In this document: positions 56,376-64,000 of the stretch, piece by piece | Layout: the number at the start of each line of letters is the position of its first letter | Numbering within the stretch: position 1 is the stretch's first letter | NCBI GenBank assembly: GCA_028718635.1 | Contig: JAQULK010000001.1 | Location: 242,944-306,943 of the forward strand | DNA from: Minisyncoccota bacterium | GTDB lineage: Bacteria; Patescibacteriota; Minisyncoccia; Phycocordibacterales; UBA9973 | Reading direction: 5' to 3' | Length of the DNA stretch: 64,000 nt | The notes under the pieces: generated by a model | What the model was told of the DNA's origin: nothing | Databases searched by the model: none | Seen by the model: only the letters and a program-made list of their open reading frames with translations | Position numbers and translations under genes: made by a program

Positions 56376-57008
56376 TTGCTGTATAATAAAGAAGGTAAGT
56401 GTAAAAATATGGAACAAAATTTTCAAACCTCATTTATCCCCAAAAAACCGATAATAAAAGAAAATACTGCTTATGGTGGACGTTCTATTGGTGTTTTTTT
56501 TATTATCTCTCTATTTATTTTTTTTGCCGTTCTTATCGTAACAGGAGGACTTTATTTTTATAAAGGAATTTTAGTAAAGAAAATTGCCAATATGGAAAAT
56601 ACTCTGAACTTAGCCAAAAATCGTTTTGAGCCTGCAAAAATAACCGAGCTTCAAACTTTTGATAAACGTTTGATTTATTCCAGCGAAATTCTAGCCAAAC
56701 ACATCACCGTCGTTCCTATTTTTAATGCCCTAGAACAGCTCACCATGAAAAGTGTCCGCTATACCAACTTTAGTTATAACATGGAAAGCGGTGACAAAAA
56801 TACCATAAATGTAAAAATGTCCGGAGTTGCTATCGGTTATCGTTCAATCGCCCTTCAATATGATTTGTTTGCAAAAAATAAAAATTTGATTGATCCTATT
56901 TTTTCAAATTTAACGCTTGATAATAGCGGTAATGTTCTTTTTGATCTACAATTTTCAGTCGATCCAAGTTTTGTTAATTATAAACAAACCCTTATGGTTA
57001 AAAGTTAA
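56376..57008 (+). CDS. PilN-like pilus assembly protein (single TM)
   Basis: Position after pilM. Single TM plus a periplasmic domain. Confidence 0.45.
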   Translation: MLYNKEGKCKNMEQNFQTSFIPKKPIIKENTAYGGRSIGVFFIISLFIFFAVLIVTGGLYFYKGILVKKIANMENTLNLAKNRFEPAKITELQTFDKRLIYSSEILAKHITVVPIFNALEQLTMKSVRYTNFSYNMESGDKNTINVKMSGVAIGYRSIALQYDLFAKNKNLIDPIFSNLTLDNSGNVLFDLQFSVDPSFVNYKQTLMVKS

Positions 57009-57014
57009 ATTTTT

Positions 57015-57617
57015 ATGATGAGATTTACAATACCAATTATTTTAATAGGAATTACCGGAGCATTCTTTTTTATATTTACCAATCCTATTTATAATAATAT
57101 TTCCGCACTAAATTCAGACGTTGCATCATACAATGGGGCGCTGGATAATTCTAAAATGTTTGAAAATGAACGTGATAAATTGACATCCAAGTATAATCAA
57201 ATTGACCCCGACAATTTAATGAAAATAAAAAAGCTTTTGCCTGATAATGTTGACAATATTCGTTTGATCTTGGAAATAGGGCAAATAGCATTACCGTATG
57301 GGATGGTTTTGAAAGATGTAAAATACAGCATGATAAACACAGATAATACCGCAGCAGCGGGAGCAGTTATCAAAGGAGGGTCAGCCTCTAAGCCTTCTCC
57401 AAATTATGGGGTTTTTGATTTAGAATTTTCCATATCGGGGACTTATGATAATTTTATTTCTTTTACCAAAGACTTGGAAAGCAATCTTAGAATTGTGGAT
57501 ATATCCTCCATTACTTTTTCATCCAATACTTCGAGTGTCGGCAGTAATCCAAAAATAAATTCTTCCGATATTTATAAATATGACTTTAAAATTAAAACTT
57601 ATTATTTAAAAAATTAA
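57015..57617 (+). CDS. PilO-like pilus assembly protein
   Basis: N-terminal TM with a coiled region, in pilM/N/O gene order. Confidence 0.4.
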   Translation: MMRFTIPIILIGITGAFFFIFTNPIYNNISALNSDVASYNGALDNSKMFENERDKLTSKYNQIDPDNLMKIKKLLPDNVDNIRLILEIGQIALPYGMVLKDVKYSMINTDNTAAAGAVIKGGSASKPSPNYGVFDLEFSISGTYDNFISFTKDLESNLRIVDISSITFSSNTSSVGSNPKINSSDIYKYDFKIKTYYLKN

Positions 57618-57644
57618 TTTTTAAGATAATTAAACAAGAAAAAA

Positions 57645-58076
57645 ATGCCAAAAATTAAAAACATTATAATATTCGTAGCAATAGCATTAATATTCTTTTT
57701 AATTTATCTTTTTTTTGCAAAACCAGAAGGAGAACAAGCCAGTCTAGTGTCTTCCGGGGCAAACGCCACTTTGCCAAACATGGATGGCTCTATCCCAAAT
57801 CCAAGTACTTCAAATACCAACTCTGAAGTCGCAAAAGATTTTCTTGTAATATTTTCTAATATCAAAAATATAAAGTTAAATGATGCTATTTTTTCTGATC
57901 CAGCCTTCAATAGCTTGCATGATTCTAGTATTATACTTATCCCAGATGGTACCGAAGGTAGGCCAAATCCATTTGCTCCATTTGGTAATGATGCCGCACC
58001 TGCACCAGCATCTACAACTGTAAATAATTCAACTTCCGCTCCAACTGCTCCAGCATCGTCTAATTCTAAAATATAA
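57645..58076 (+). CDS. TM-anchored Ser/Thr/Pro-rich protein (PilP-like position)
   Basis: N-terminal TM. The C-terminus is rich in P, A, S and T. Confidence 0.3.
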   Translation: MPKIKNIIIFVAIALIFFLIYLFFAKPEGEQASLVSSGANATLPNMDGSIPNPSTSNTNSEVAKDFLVIFSNIKNIKLNDAIFSDPAFNSLHDSSIILIPDGTEGRPNPFAPFGNDAAPAPASTTVNNSTSAPTAPASSNSKI

Positions 58077-58195
58077 TCCCGTTAGAAGCCGCGGTCGCAG
58101 TAATATAAAAAAATATGTTTATAAAAAATATAAAATTTAATAAAATAATAAAGCATAGTCACGGCATACTGACCGCGACCTGCTTCTAACGGGAT
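58076..58195 (+). repeat. start-codon-embedding inverted-repeat element, copy 5 (extended GC stem GAAGCCGCGGTCGC), preceding pilB
   Basis: Inverted repeats at 58076-58088 and 58183-58195. ATG is at 58194. The left repeat starts at the last A of the upstream TAA. Confidence 0.8.
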
Positions 58196-59936
58196 GAGTT
58201 TTTTAGAAGAATTAGCAAAAAAAGGTTTAATAAATGAAAGCCAAATTGGTGAAATCAATATTCGTGCAAGAAAAGATCATAATGGAGATATTGAGGAAAC
58301 CCTCGTTGAATTAGGCATAGGAGAGGATAAAATTCTTGAAGCAAAAGGAGAATATTTGGGAATTCCAGTAAGAAACGTAAACTCTAAAGAAATATCTTTT
58401 GATGTATTGAAATATATTTCAGAAGATTCAGCCGCTCATTATCATTTTGTGCCTTTGGCATTAAAAGATGGAGTACTAGAAGTGGGGGTGCTTGATCCGG
58501 AAAACATCCAAGCGATAGATGCCTTACAATTTATTTCAACGAAATTAGGTATTCCTTTTAAGATATTTTTGATTTCTAAAAGCAACTATGAAAGTGTAAT
58601 GCAATCCTTCAAAGGATTGGGAAGCCAAGTTGAAGAAGCTCTAAAAGAGTTAGGCAATGAAGAAACAATAAATATCAAAAGTGTCAGTGAGGAAAATTTA
58701 AGCAAAGAAATAAAAAACATAAAAGAAGGAGAAGAGGTAAAGATGGTAGAAGATGCGCCAGTAATAAAAATTGTTGCAGTTATTTTACGTAATGCCATAG
58801 AAAGAAATGCGTCTGATATTCATATTGAACATACCGGCGAAAAAGTTAAAGTGCGTTTTCGAGTGGATGGTATCCTGCATACCTCGATAGTATTACCGCC
58901 CACTGTTTATGGCGGGATCGTAGCGCGTATAAAAATTCTTTCTAAATTAAGACTGGACGAGAAGCGCAAGCCTCAAGACGGATCTTTTAGTGCGAATATC
59001 GATGAACGCAAAATTGATTTTCGTGTTTCTACTATGCCCGCATATAATGGGGAGAAAGTAGTTATGCGTATCTTGGATTCCGAGAAAGGAGTCAAACCTC
59101 TTGATCAACTTGGACTGTCAGAAGTAAACTTGAATATAATTAGGGAAGCAATCAAGAAGCCTTATGGACTCATCTTGATCACTGGTCCTACCGGATCTGG
59201 TAAATCTACCACCCTATATTCAATGATGAATGAACTTAATAAAGAGGAGAGCAATATTGTATCCTTGGAAGACCCCGTGGAATATCATATGCTAGATATA
59301 AATCAGTCCCAAGTGATGCCAGAAATTGGTTATACATTTGCCTCAGGGCTTCGTTCCATTCTTCGCCAAGATCCCGATATAATAATGGTTGGAGAAATAC
59401 GAGACAAAGAAACAGCCCAGCTTGCGATTCAGGCGGCTTTAACCGGACACCTTGTGCTTTCTACTCTGCACACTAATAATGCAATCGGCGCGATCCCTCG
59501 TCTTGTTGATATGGGTATCGATCCATACCTTATTGCGCCGACCTTGATTGTTTCTATTGCTCAACGTCTGGCTAGGATGACCTATCCGGCTTCACGCAAA
59601 GAAATACCATTAGAAGAAAGTGTAAAAAAACAAATAGAAGAACAGTTTAAAGATTTGCCTGACGAATTTAAGCCGAAAATAGGGGATAAAATGTATGAAG
59701 TCGTGCCGTCCACCGATTGTCCTTCTGGAACACGAGGACGAATTGCTATTTTCGAAATGTTCAAAATTGATAAGGAGATGCAGGCGGTAATCTTGAAAAA
59801 TCCGACGGATGTGGCAATTTATAAATTAGCTCGAAGTAAAGGAATGTTGATGATGAAAGAAGATGCGATATTAAAATCTTTGCAAGGATTAATTCCATTT
59901 GCAGAAGTGTATAATTTTAGCAACGAGAGCGAATAG
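58194..59936 (+). CDS. pilB: type IV pilus assembly ATPase PilB/GspE
   Basis: GPTGSGKSTTLYS, the GspE signature, a tetracysteine-like region, and the N-terminal GSPII_E_N domain. Confidence 0.85.
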   Translation: MSFLEELAKKGLINESQIGEINIRARKDHNGDIEETLVELGIGEDKILEAKGEYLGIPVRNVNSKEISFDVLKYISEDSAAHYHFVPLALKDGVLEVGVLDPENIQAIDALQFISTKLGIPFKIFLISKSNYESVMQSFKGLGSQVEEALKELGNEETINIKSVSEENLSKEIKNIKEGEEVKMVEDAPVIKIVAVILRNAIERNASDIHIEHTGEKVKVRFRVDGILHTSIVLPPTVYGGIVARIKILSKLRLDEKRKPQDGSFSANIDERKIDFRVSTMPAYNGEKVVMRILDSEKGVKPLDQLGLSEVNLNIIREAIKKPYGLILITGPTGSGKSTTLYSMMNELNKEESNIVSLEDPVEYHMLDINQSQVMPEIGYTFASGLRSILRQDPDIIMVGEIRDKETAQLAIQAALTGHLVLSTLHTNNAIGAIPRLVDMGIDPYLIAPTLIVSIAQRLARMTYPASRKEIPLEESVKKQIEEQFKDLPDEFKPKIGDKMYEVVPSTDCPSGTRGRIAIFEMFKIDKEMQAVILKNPTDVAIYKLARSKGMLMMKEDAILKSLQGLIPFAEVYNFSNESE

Positions 59937-59973
59937 TGTTGCAAAGTATTTTATAGTATAATGAATCATTCCT

Positions 59974-60375
59974 ATGGAAAGTGAAAAAAAGAAAATTTTA
60001 ATAGTCGATGACGATAGTTTCCTTTTAGATATGTATGCGCTTAAATTCAGCCAAAATAATTTTGAAGTTTACACTGCAAGCAATGGTGTTCATGCATTAG
60101 AAAAACTCAAAGGGGGACTATCTCCCGATATTCTTTTGATTGATATAATTATGCCGGAAATGGACGGTTTTGAAACCTTAACTCAAATAAATGCGGAGAA
60201 GTTGTGTCCAAATTCTGTAAAAATAATTTTATCCAATAAAAGTGAACAAAAAGATATAGATGAAGGCAACAAATTGGGGGTAGTGGGTTATATTGTGAAA
60301 GCAAATTTCACTCCAGGAGAAGTTATTGAACAAGTTGAAAAAATTTTAGAACAAAAAAATCATGGATCCCGTTAG
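59974..60375 (+). CDS. response regulator receiver domain protein (PilH/CheY-like)
   Basis: ILIVDDD...DILLIDIIMPEMDGFE. The TAG stop lies inside the left repeat of element copy 6. Confidence 0.75.
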   Translation: MESEKKKILIVDDDSFLLDMYALKFSQNNFEVYTASNGVHALEKLKGGLSPDILLIDIIMPEMDGFETLTQINAEKLCPNSVKIILSNKSEQKDIDEGNKLGVVGYIVKANFTPGEVIEQVEKILEQKNHGSR

Positions 60376-60446
60376 AAATAAAAAAATATTGAAAACGGGT
60401 TATAATAAGTTAAGTATTATTAATTAATATAAATTTCTAACGGGAT
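60366..60446 (+). repeat. start-codon-embedding inverted-repeat element, copy 6 (ATCCCGTTAGAAAT ... ATTTCTAACGGGAT), preceding pilT
   Basis: Inverted repeats at 60366-60379 and 60433-60446. ATG is at 60445. It is flanked by direct ATGGAT. A proximal AACGGG at 60402-60407 allows alternative pairing. Confidence 0.8.
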
Positions 60447-61503
60447 GGATTATAAAAAAGAACTTGAAGATCTTATTTTGAATGTTATTCACGAAGGTGG
60501 TTCAGACTTGCATTTGGGTGTTGGACGTGTGCCGGCGATTCGTGTGTCCGGAGAACTTATTTTTCTAACGAAACATTCAATTTTAACAAAAGAAGACGTT
60601 TTGGGAATTTTGGGAGAAATTCTAGAAAAACCGCAAATTGATAATTTCAAAGAAAATTTTGAAGCTGATTTTTCTTATGATTTTCGCGGAGAAGCCAGAT
60701 TGCGCGGGAATGCTTTTTTTCAAAAAGGTTTAATCAATATAGTTTTTCGATTGGTGCCTAAAGTCCAAACCATAGAGCAATTGCGTTTGCCTCCGATTTT
60801 AGCTGACTTGGCTCGTAAAAAACAAGGATTCTTTTTAGTCGTCGGTCCAGTTGGGCAAGGTAAATCAACTACATTATCTGCGATGATAAATGTGATAAAT
60901 AATGAGCAAGCGCGCCATATAGTAACCATCGAAGATCCGATTGAACACATATATGTGCCCAATAAATCCATAATCAATCAGCGGGAAGTTGGTATTGATA
61001 CCAAAGATTTTCATGTCGCGCTAAAAGAAGTTTTTCGCGAAGATGTAAATGTGATCATGGTTGGCGAAATGCGCACCCCAGAGACAATTTCCACTGCTGT
61101 AACGGCAGCTGAAACCGGGCACCTTGTGCTTTCTACTCTTCATACCAACAATGCTTCTCAAACTATAGATAGAATTATTGATTCTTTTCCAGGAAGCCAA
61201 CAAGATCAAATTCGCGCTCAGCTTTCTTCCTCCTTGCTCGGTATTTTTTCTCAGAGACTTATTCCCAGAATTGCGGGCGGGCTTGTTCCGGCTTATGAAC
61301 TTCTTTTAAACAACAACGCGGTTTCTAATTTAATTCGTGAAAAACGCACGCACGAAATAGATGTGGTTATAGAAACGGGGATGGAATCCGGAATGGTGGA
61401 CTTGAACCACTCCCTGCTTGAGCTTTTACGCGCTGGGGAAATTTCTATAGAGAACGCTTATCAGAACTCTTTTAATCCAAAAGGTCTAGAACGATTAATT
61501 TAA
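60445..61503 (+). CDS. pilT: twitching motility ATPase PilT
   Basis: GPVGQGKSTT and the PilT family length and motifs. Confidence 0.85.
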   Translation: MDYKKELEDLILNVIHEGGSDLHLGVGRVPAIRVSGELIFLTKHSILTKEDVLGILGEILEKPQIDNFKENFEADFSYDFRGEARLRGNAFFQKGLINIVFRLVPKVQTIEQLRLPPILADLARKKQGFFLVVGPVGQGKSTTLSAMINVINNEQARHIVTIEDPIEHIYVPNKSIINQREVGIDTKDFHVALKEVFREDVNVIMVGEMRTPETISTAVTAAETGHLVLSTLHTNNASQTIDRIIDSFPGSQQDQIRAQLSSSLLGIFSQRLIPRIAGGLVPAYELLLNNNAVSNLIREKRTHEIDVVIETGMESGMVDLNHSLLELLRAGEISIENAYQNSFNPKGLERLI

Positions 61504-61505
61504 GA

Positions 61506-61550
61506 TTCCGGACGTTGGACGTCCGAAAAACGGACGTCCAACGTCCGGAA
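61506..61550. other. perfect 20-bp inverted repeat TTCCGGACGTTGGACGTCCG-AAAAA-CGGACGTCCAACGTCCGGAA between pilT and pilC
   Basis: Read directly from the sequence. It is GC-rich in an AT-rich region, contains nested palindromes (GGACGTCC), and is not followed by a T-run. Confidence 0.85.
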
Positions 61551-61566
61551 TAAGGTAAACAAAACT

Positions 61567-62775
61567 ATGCTATTTAAATATAAAGCTATTAATGAAAAAG
61601 GTCAGAATAAAGAGGGAGAAATTGACGCGCCCAATCGTGATATGGCGATTAGTGGGCTTCAACATAGAGGTCTCGTTGTTATTTCTATCAATGAAGAAAC
61701 TGAAAAAAAATCTTTTTTTCAGTTTTCTTTTTTTGAAAAAATAAGGATGAAAGATGTTGTTATTCTTTCTCGCCAAATAGCCACGTTGTTTGAAGCGCAA
61801 GTTTCTGCCTTAAAAGCTTTCACTATGCTTGCGAACAATACTGAAAATAAACTTTTAGGACACAAACTTACTCAAATTGTCGATGATCTTCAAGCAGGAG
61901 TTTCTATTTCTGGCGCTCTATCTCATCATCCAGATGTATTTTCTGATTTTTATATAAATATGGTAAAAGTAGGTGAAGAAACTGGAAAACTCAATCAAAC
62001 CTTTTTACATTTGGCAGATTATTTAGATCGTCAATATTCTCTTACTTCTAAAACTAAAAATGCACTTATTTATCCAATTTTTGTTGTCATCACTTTCTTT
62101 GTTGTGATGACCTTAATGTTTACAGTTGTTATTCCTAAATTAGCAGTTATTATTCAAGATTCTGGTCAAACGGCTCCCTTTTTTACTCAAATAGTGATTG
62201 TCGTTTCAAATTTGTTTGTTCATTATGGTTTTCTTATTTTGATATTTTTGATATTAATAGGGGTTTGGATTTGGTATTTATCAACTACGGTAAAAGGCAA
62301 AATTTATCTTGATGATCTCAAGCTTTCTTTGCCCGGCATCGGTGATTTATATAAAAAACTTTATCTTTCGAGGATAACCGACAATTTGAGTACTATGATT
62401 GAGTCTGGTGTTCCTATAATACGATCGGTAGATATTACAGCGCAAGTCGTAGGGTCTTTGGCGTATAAAAATATATTAGGGGATGTGGCAGATAGTCTAA
62501 AATCAGGATTGGTGCTCTCAGAAGCATTTGGGAAATTTCCAGAGCAAATTCCCAAAATTTTCGTACAAATGGTTCAGGTTGGAGAAGAGACCGGTTCTAT
62601 GGGATCTATTTTAAAGAATCTAACTAACTTTTATGAGCGTGAAGTAGGCGCTGCGATAGATACATTGGTTGGTTTAATAGAGCCTGCGATGATTGTGGTT
62701 TTAGGTTTTGGGGTAGGGATACTTTTGGTTTCTGTCTTGATGCCTATTTACAATATGGCGGGGAGTATTAGTTAA
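61567..62775 (+). CDS. pilC: type IV pilus inner-membrane platform protein PilC/GspF
   Basis: Two GspF-like repeats and the typical 3-TM topology. Confidence 0.85.
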   Translation: MLFKYKAINEKGQNKEGEIDAPNRDMAISGLQHRGLVVISINEETEKKSFFQFSFFEKIRMKDVVILSRQIATLFEAQVSALKAFTMLANNTENKLLGHKLTQIVDDLQAGVSISGALSHHPDVFSDFYINMVKVGEETGKLNQTFLHLADYLDRQYSLTSKTKNALIYPIFVVITFFVVMTLMFTVVIPKLAVIIQDSGQTAPFFTQIVIVVSNLFVHYGFLILIFLILIGVWIWYLSTTVKGKIYLDDLKLSLPGIGDLYKKLYLSRITDNLSTMIESGVPIIRSVDITAQVVGSLAYKNILGDVADSLKSGLVLSEAFGKFPEQIPKIFVQMVQVGEETGSMGSILKNLTNFYEREVGAAIDTLVGLIEPAMIVVLGFGVGILLVSVLMPIYNMAGSIS

Positions 62776-62777
62776 AG

Positions 62778-62843
62778 TCACCACCCCTTACCCCTCCTCA
62801 ACAAGGAGGGGAGAATTCCTTCTCCTCCTTATGAAGGAGGAGT
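62778..62843. repeat. GC-rich hairpin repeat, copy D (near-identical to 3397-3436) plus a second hairpin TTCTCCTCCTTATGAAGGAGGAG
   Basis: CACCACCCCTTACCCCTCCTCAACAAGGAGGGGAG lies directly after the pilC stop. Confidence 0.7.
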
Positions 62844-62994
62844 GCCCAAAGGGCGAGGTGGTTCCCTGTGGATAACTCTCTTGCCTAAAAATTTTTGTCT
62901 CTATGATATAATAAATGTATTAGAAACAAGTCGAAATATTTTCGCCGGAGGCGAATAAAATTATAAGTTATTATTAATAATTAGAATTTAATTT

Positions 62995-63468
62995 ATGAAG
63001 AAATTTAAAAAAGGTTTTACGTTGATTGAACTTTTAGTTGTCGTTGCTATCATTGGTATCTTGGCATCGGTTGTGTTAGCTTCCCTTAACACTGCTAGGA
63101 CAAAAGGTACAGATGCTGCTATCAAGGCAAACTTGACCAATACTCGTGCTCAAGCAGCAATATTTTATGATTCAAATACCGCAGCAACTAATACATATAC
63201 TAATGTTTGTGCTTTAGGTCCAATAGTGGGTGGAGTAAATACAATCAATGCTGGGGTGCAAGCAGCCTCAACTGCAGCGGGTACTGGCACCGTTGTTGTT
63301 AATGGCGCAATCGGAAATGCAAATTGTAATGATTCCTCTTCTGCATGGGCAGCCGAGGTTAAATTAAAAGCTCCTACTACTACAACATATTTTTGTGTAG
63401 ATTCGTCTGGTGCTGCAAAGGAAACGACAACAGCACTTACCGATTCTGCAGATACTACATGTAATTAG
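62995..63468 (+). CDS. type IV pilin (prepilin with N-terminal methylation motif)
   Basis: KKGFTLIELLVVVAIIGILASVVL. Confidence 0.7.
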   Translation: MKKFKKGFTLIELLVVVAIIGILASVVLASLNTARTKGTDAAIKANLTNTRAQAAIFYDSNTAATNTYTNVCALGPIVGGVNTINAGVQAASTAAGTGTVVVNGAIGNANCNDSSSAWAAEVKLKAPTTTTYFCVDSSGAAKETTTALTDSADTTCN

Positions 63469-63520
63469 GGTAGGTAAGGTATAACAAAAAAACAGTTCTT
63501 ATGAAAATCAGAAAAAGTCA

Positions 63521-63560
63521 TTGAAAAATGGCTTTTTCTTTTTATATATATGGTATAATA
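63521..63560 (+). promoter_or_regulatory. candidate promoter with extended -10 (TGGTATAAT) for the second pilin
   Basis: TGgTATAAT at 63551-63559. The -35 is unclear. Confidence 0.35.
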
Positions 63561-63595
63561 TTGATAGGTTTTTTATAAATTTTATTAATCTTTTA

Positions 63596-64000
63596 TGAAA
63601 ACAAATTTGAAGAAAGGTTTTACATTACTTGAACTTTTAGTTGTCGTTGCTATTATTGGTCTTTTAACTATGGTTGTTGTGGCAGCGTTGAAAAGTTCAA
63701 GGGATAAGGGTGGGGATGCAGGAGTAAAAGCAAATTTACGAAATGCTATTGCGCAGGGGGAAATTTTTTATGGCACAAATACTGCTTCTCCAAATAGTTA
63801 TACTAGTGTTTGCACAAATGGTTTAGTGGGTGGTGCTTTGGGTGTCGGTGCACAAATTTTAGCTGCGGCAAAAGCTAATGGATATAGTTATGGTGTTTCT
63901 AATATAAATCCAGCTACTGTTGATATTTCAAAAGTAGCATGTAATTTTAATGCGAACGGTTGGGCAGCGCAAGTTCCGCTTAAAGAGACATCTGGGTATG
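63596..64000 (+). CDS. second type IV pilin (3' end truncated by the window)
   Basis: KKGFTLLELLVVVAIIGLL prepilin N-terminus. Confidence 0.65.

Noticed and set aside
501-60446. Inverted-repeat elements as integron attC sites (GTTAG / CTAAC resemble the R' and R'' core sites)
   Set aside because: On the + strand the order is GTTAG...CTAAC, the reverse of the attC orientation for + strand cassettes. The arms are perfect 13-bp repeats without extrahelical bases or L boxes, no intI is present, and the elements precede rather than follow ORFs.
501-60446. Inverted-repeat elements as a CRISPR array, or as translational-bypass (hop) or intein-like insertions joining upstream and downstream ORFs
   Set aside because: The repeats are inverted rather than direct and are irregularly spaced over 60 kb. 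The upstream and downstream proteins are unrelated complete genes (for example a receiver domain and PilT), so there is no split gene.

Overview
This 64-kb window is AT-rich, gene-dense and has mostly short genes, consistent with a small-genome (CPR/Patescibacteria-like) bacterium; this is an inference from gene content. The backbone carries housekeeping genes: map, ndk, the infC-rpmI-rplT operon, smpB with an adjacent candidate ssrA, ftsH, recG and gnd. It also carries a B12-linked module (membrane protein, class II ribonucleotide reductase, PduO-type adenosyltransferase), an ECF sigma factor next to a MacAB-like efflux system, cell-envelope glycosyltransferases, comF, and a complete type IV pilus cluster (pilM/N/O, pilB, receiver domain, pilT, pilC and two pilins). 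Three toxin-antitoxin-like pairs are present. Between two tRNAs at about 23.2-23.4 kb and about 41.2 kb lies an accessory island of roughly 18 kb, bounded by a 28-bp imperfect direct repeat. It encodes a giant P-loop STAND-like NTPase, a large serine recombinase, two alpha-class DNA methyltransferases plus a 571-aa candidate nuclease, a ParB-methyltransferase fusion, NUDIX, GIY-YIG and other small genes. The most unusual signal is a six-copy family of 80-120-bp elements with perfect 13-14-bp terminal inverted repeats (ATCCCGTTAGAAG...CTTCTAACGGGAT). In every copy the right repeat supplies the A and T of the ATG of a + strand gene, including pilM, pilB and pilT, and one copy carries compensatory substitutions that preserve the pairing. 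Other repeat families include a GC-rich hairpin (four copies, one in-frame inside comF), an 80-bp repeat (two copies, one bracketed by 12-bp inverted repeats between smpB and ssrA) and a perfect 20-bp inverted repeat between pilT and pilC. One class-II tRNA has an apparent ACT anticodon.
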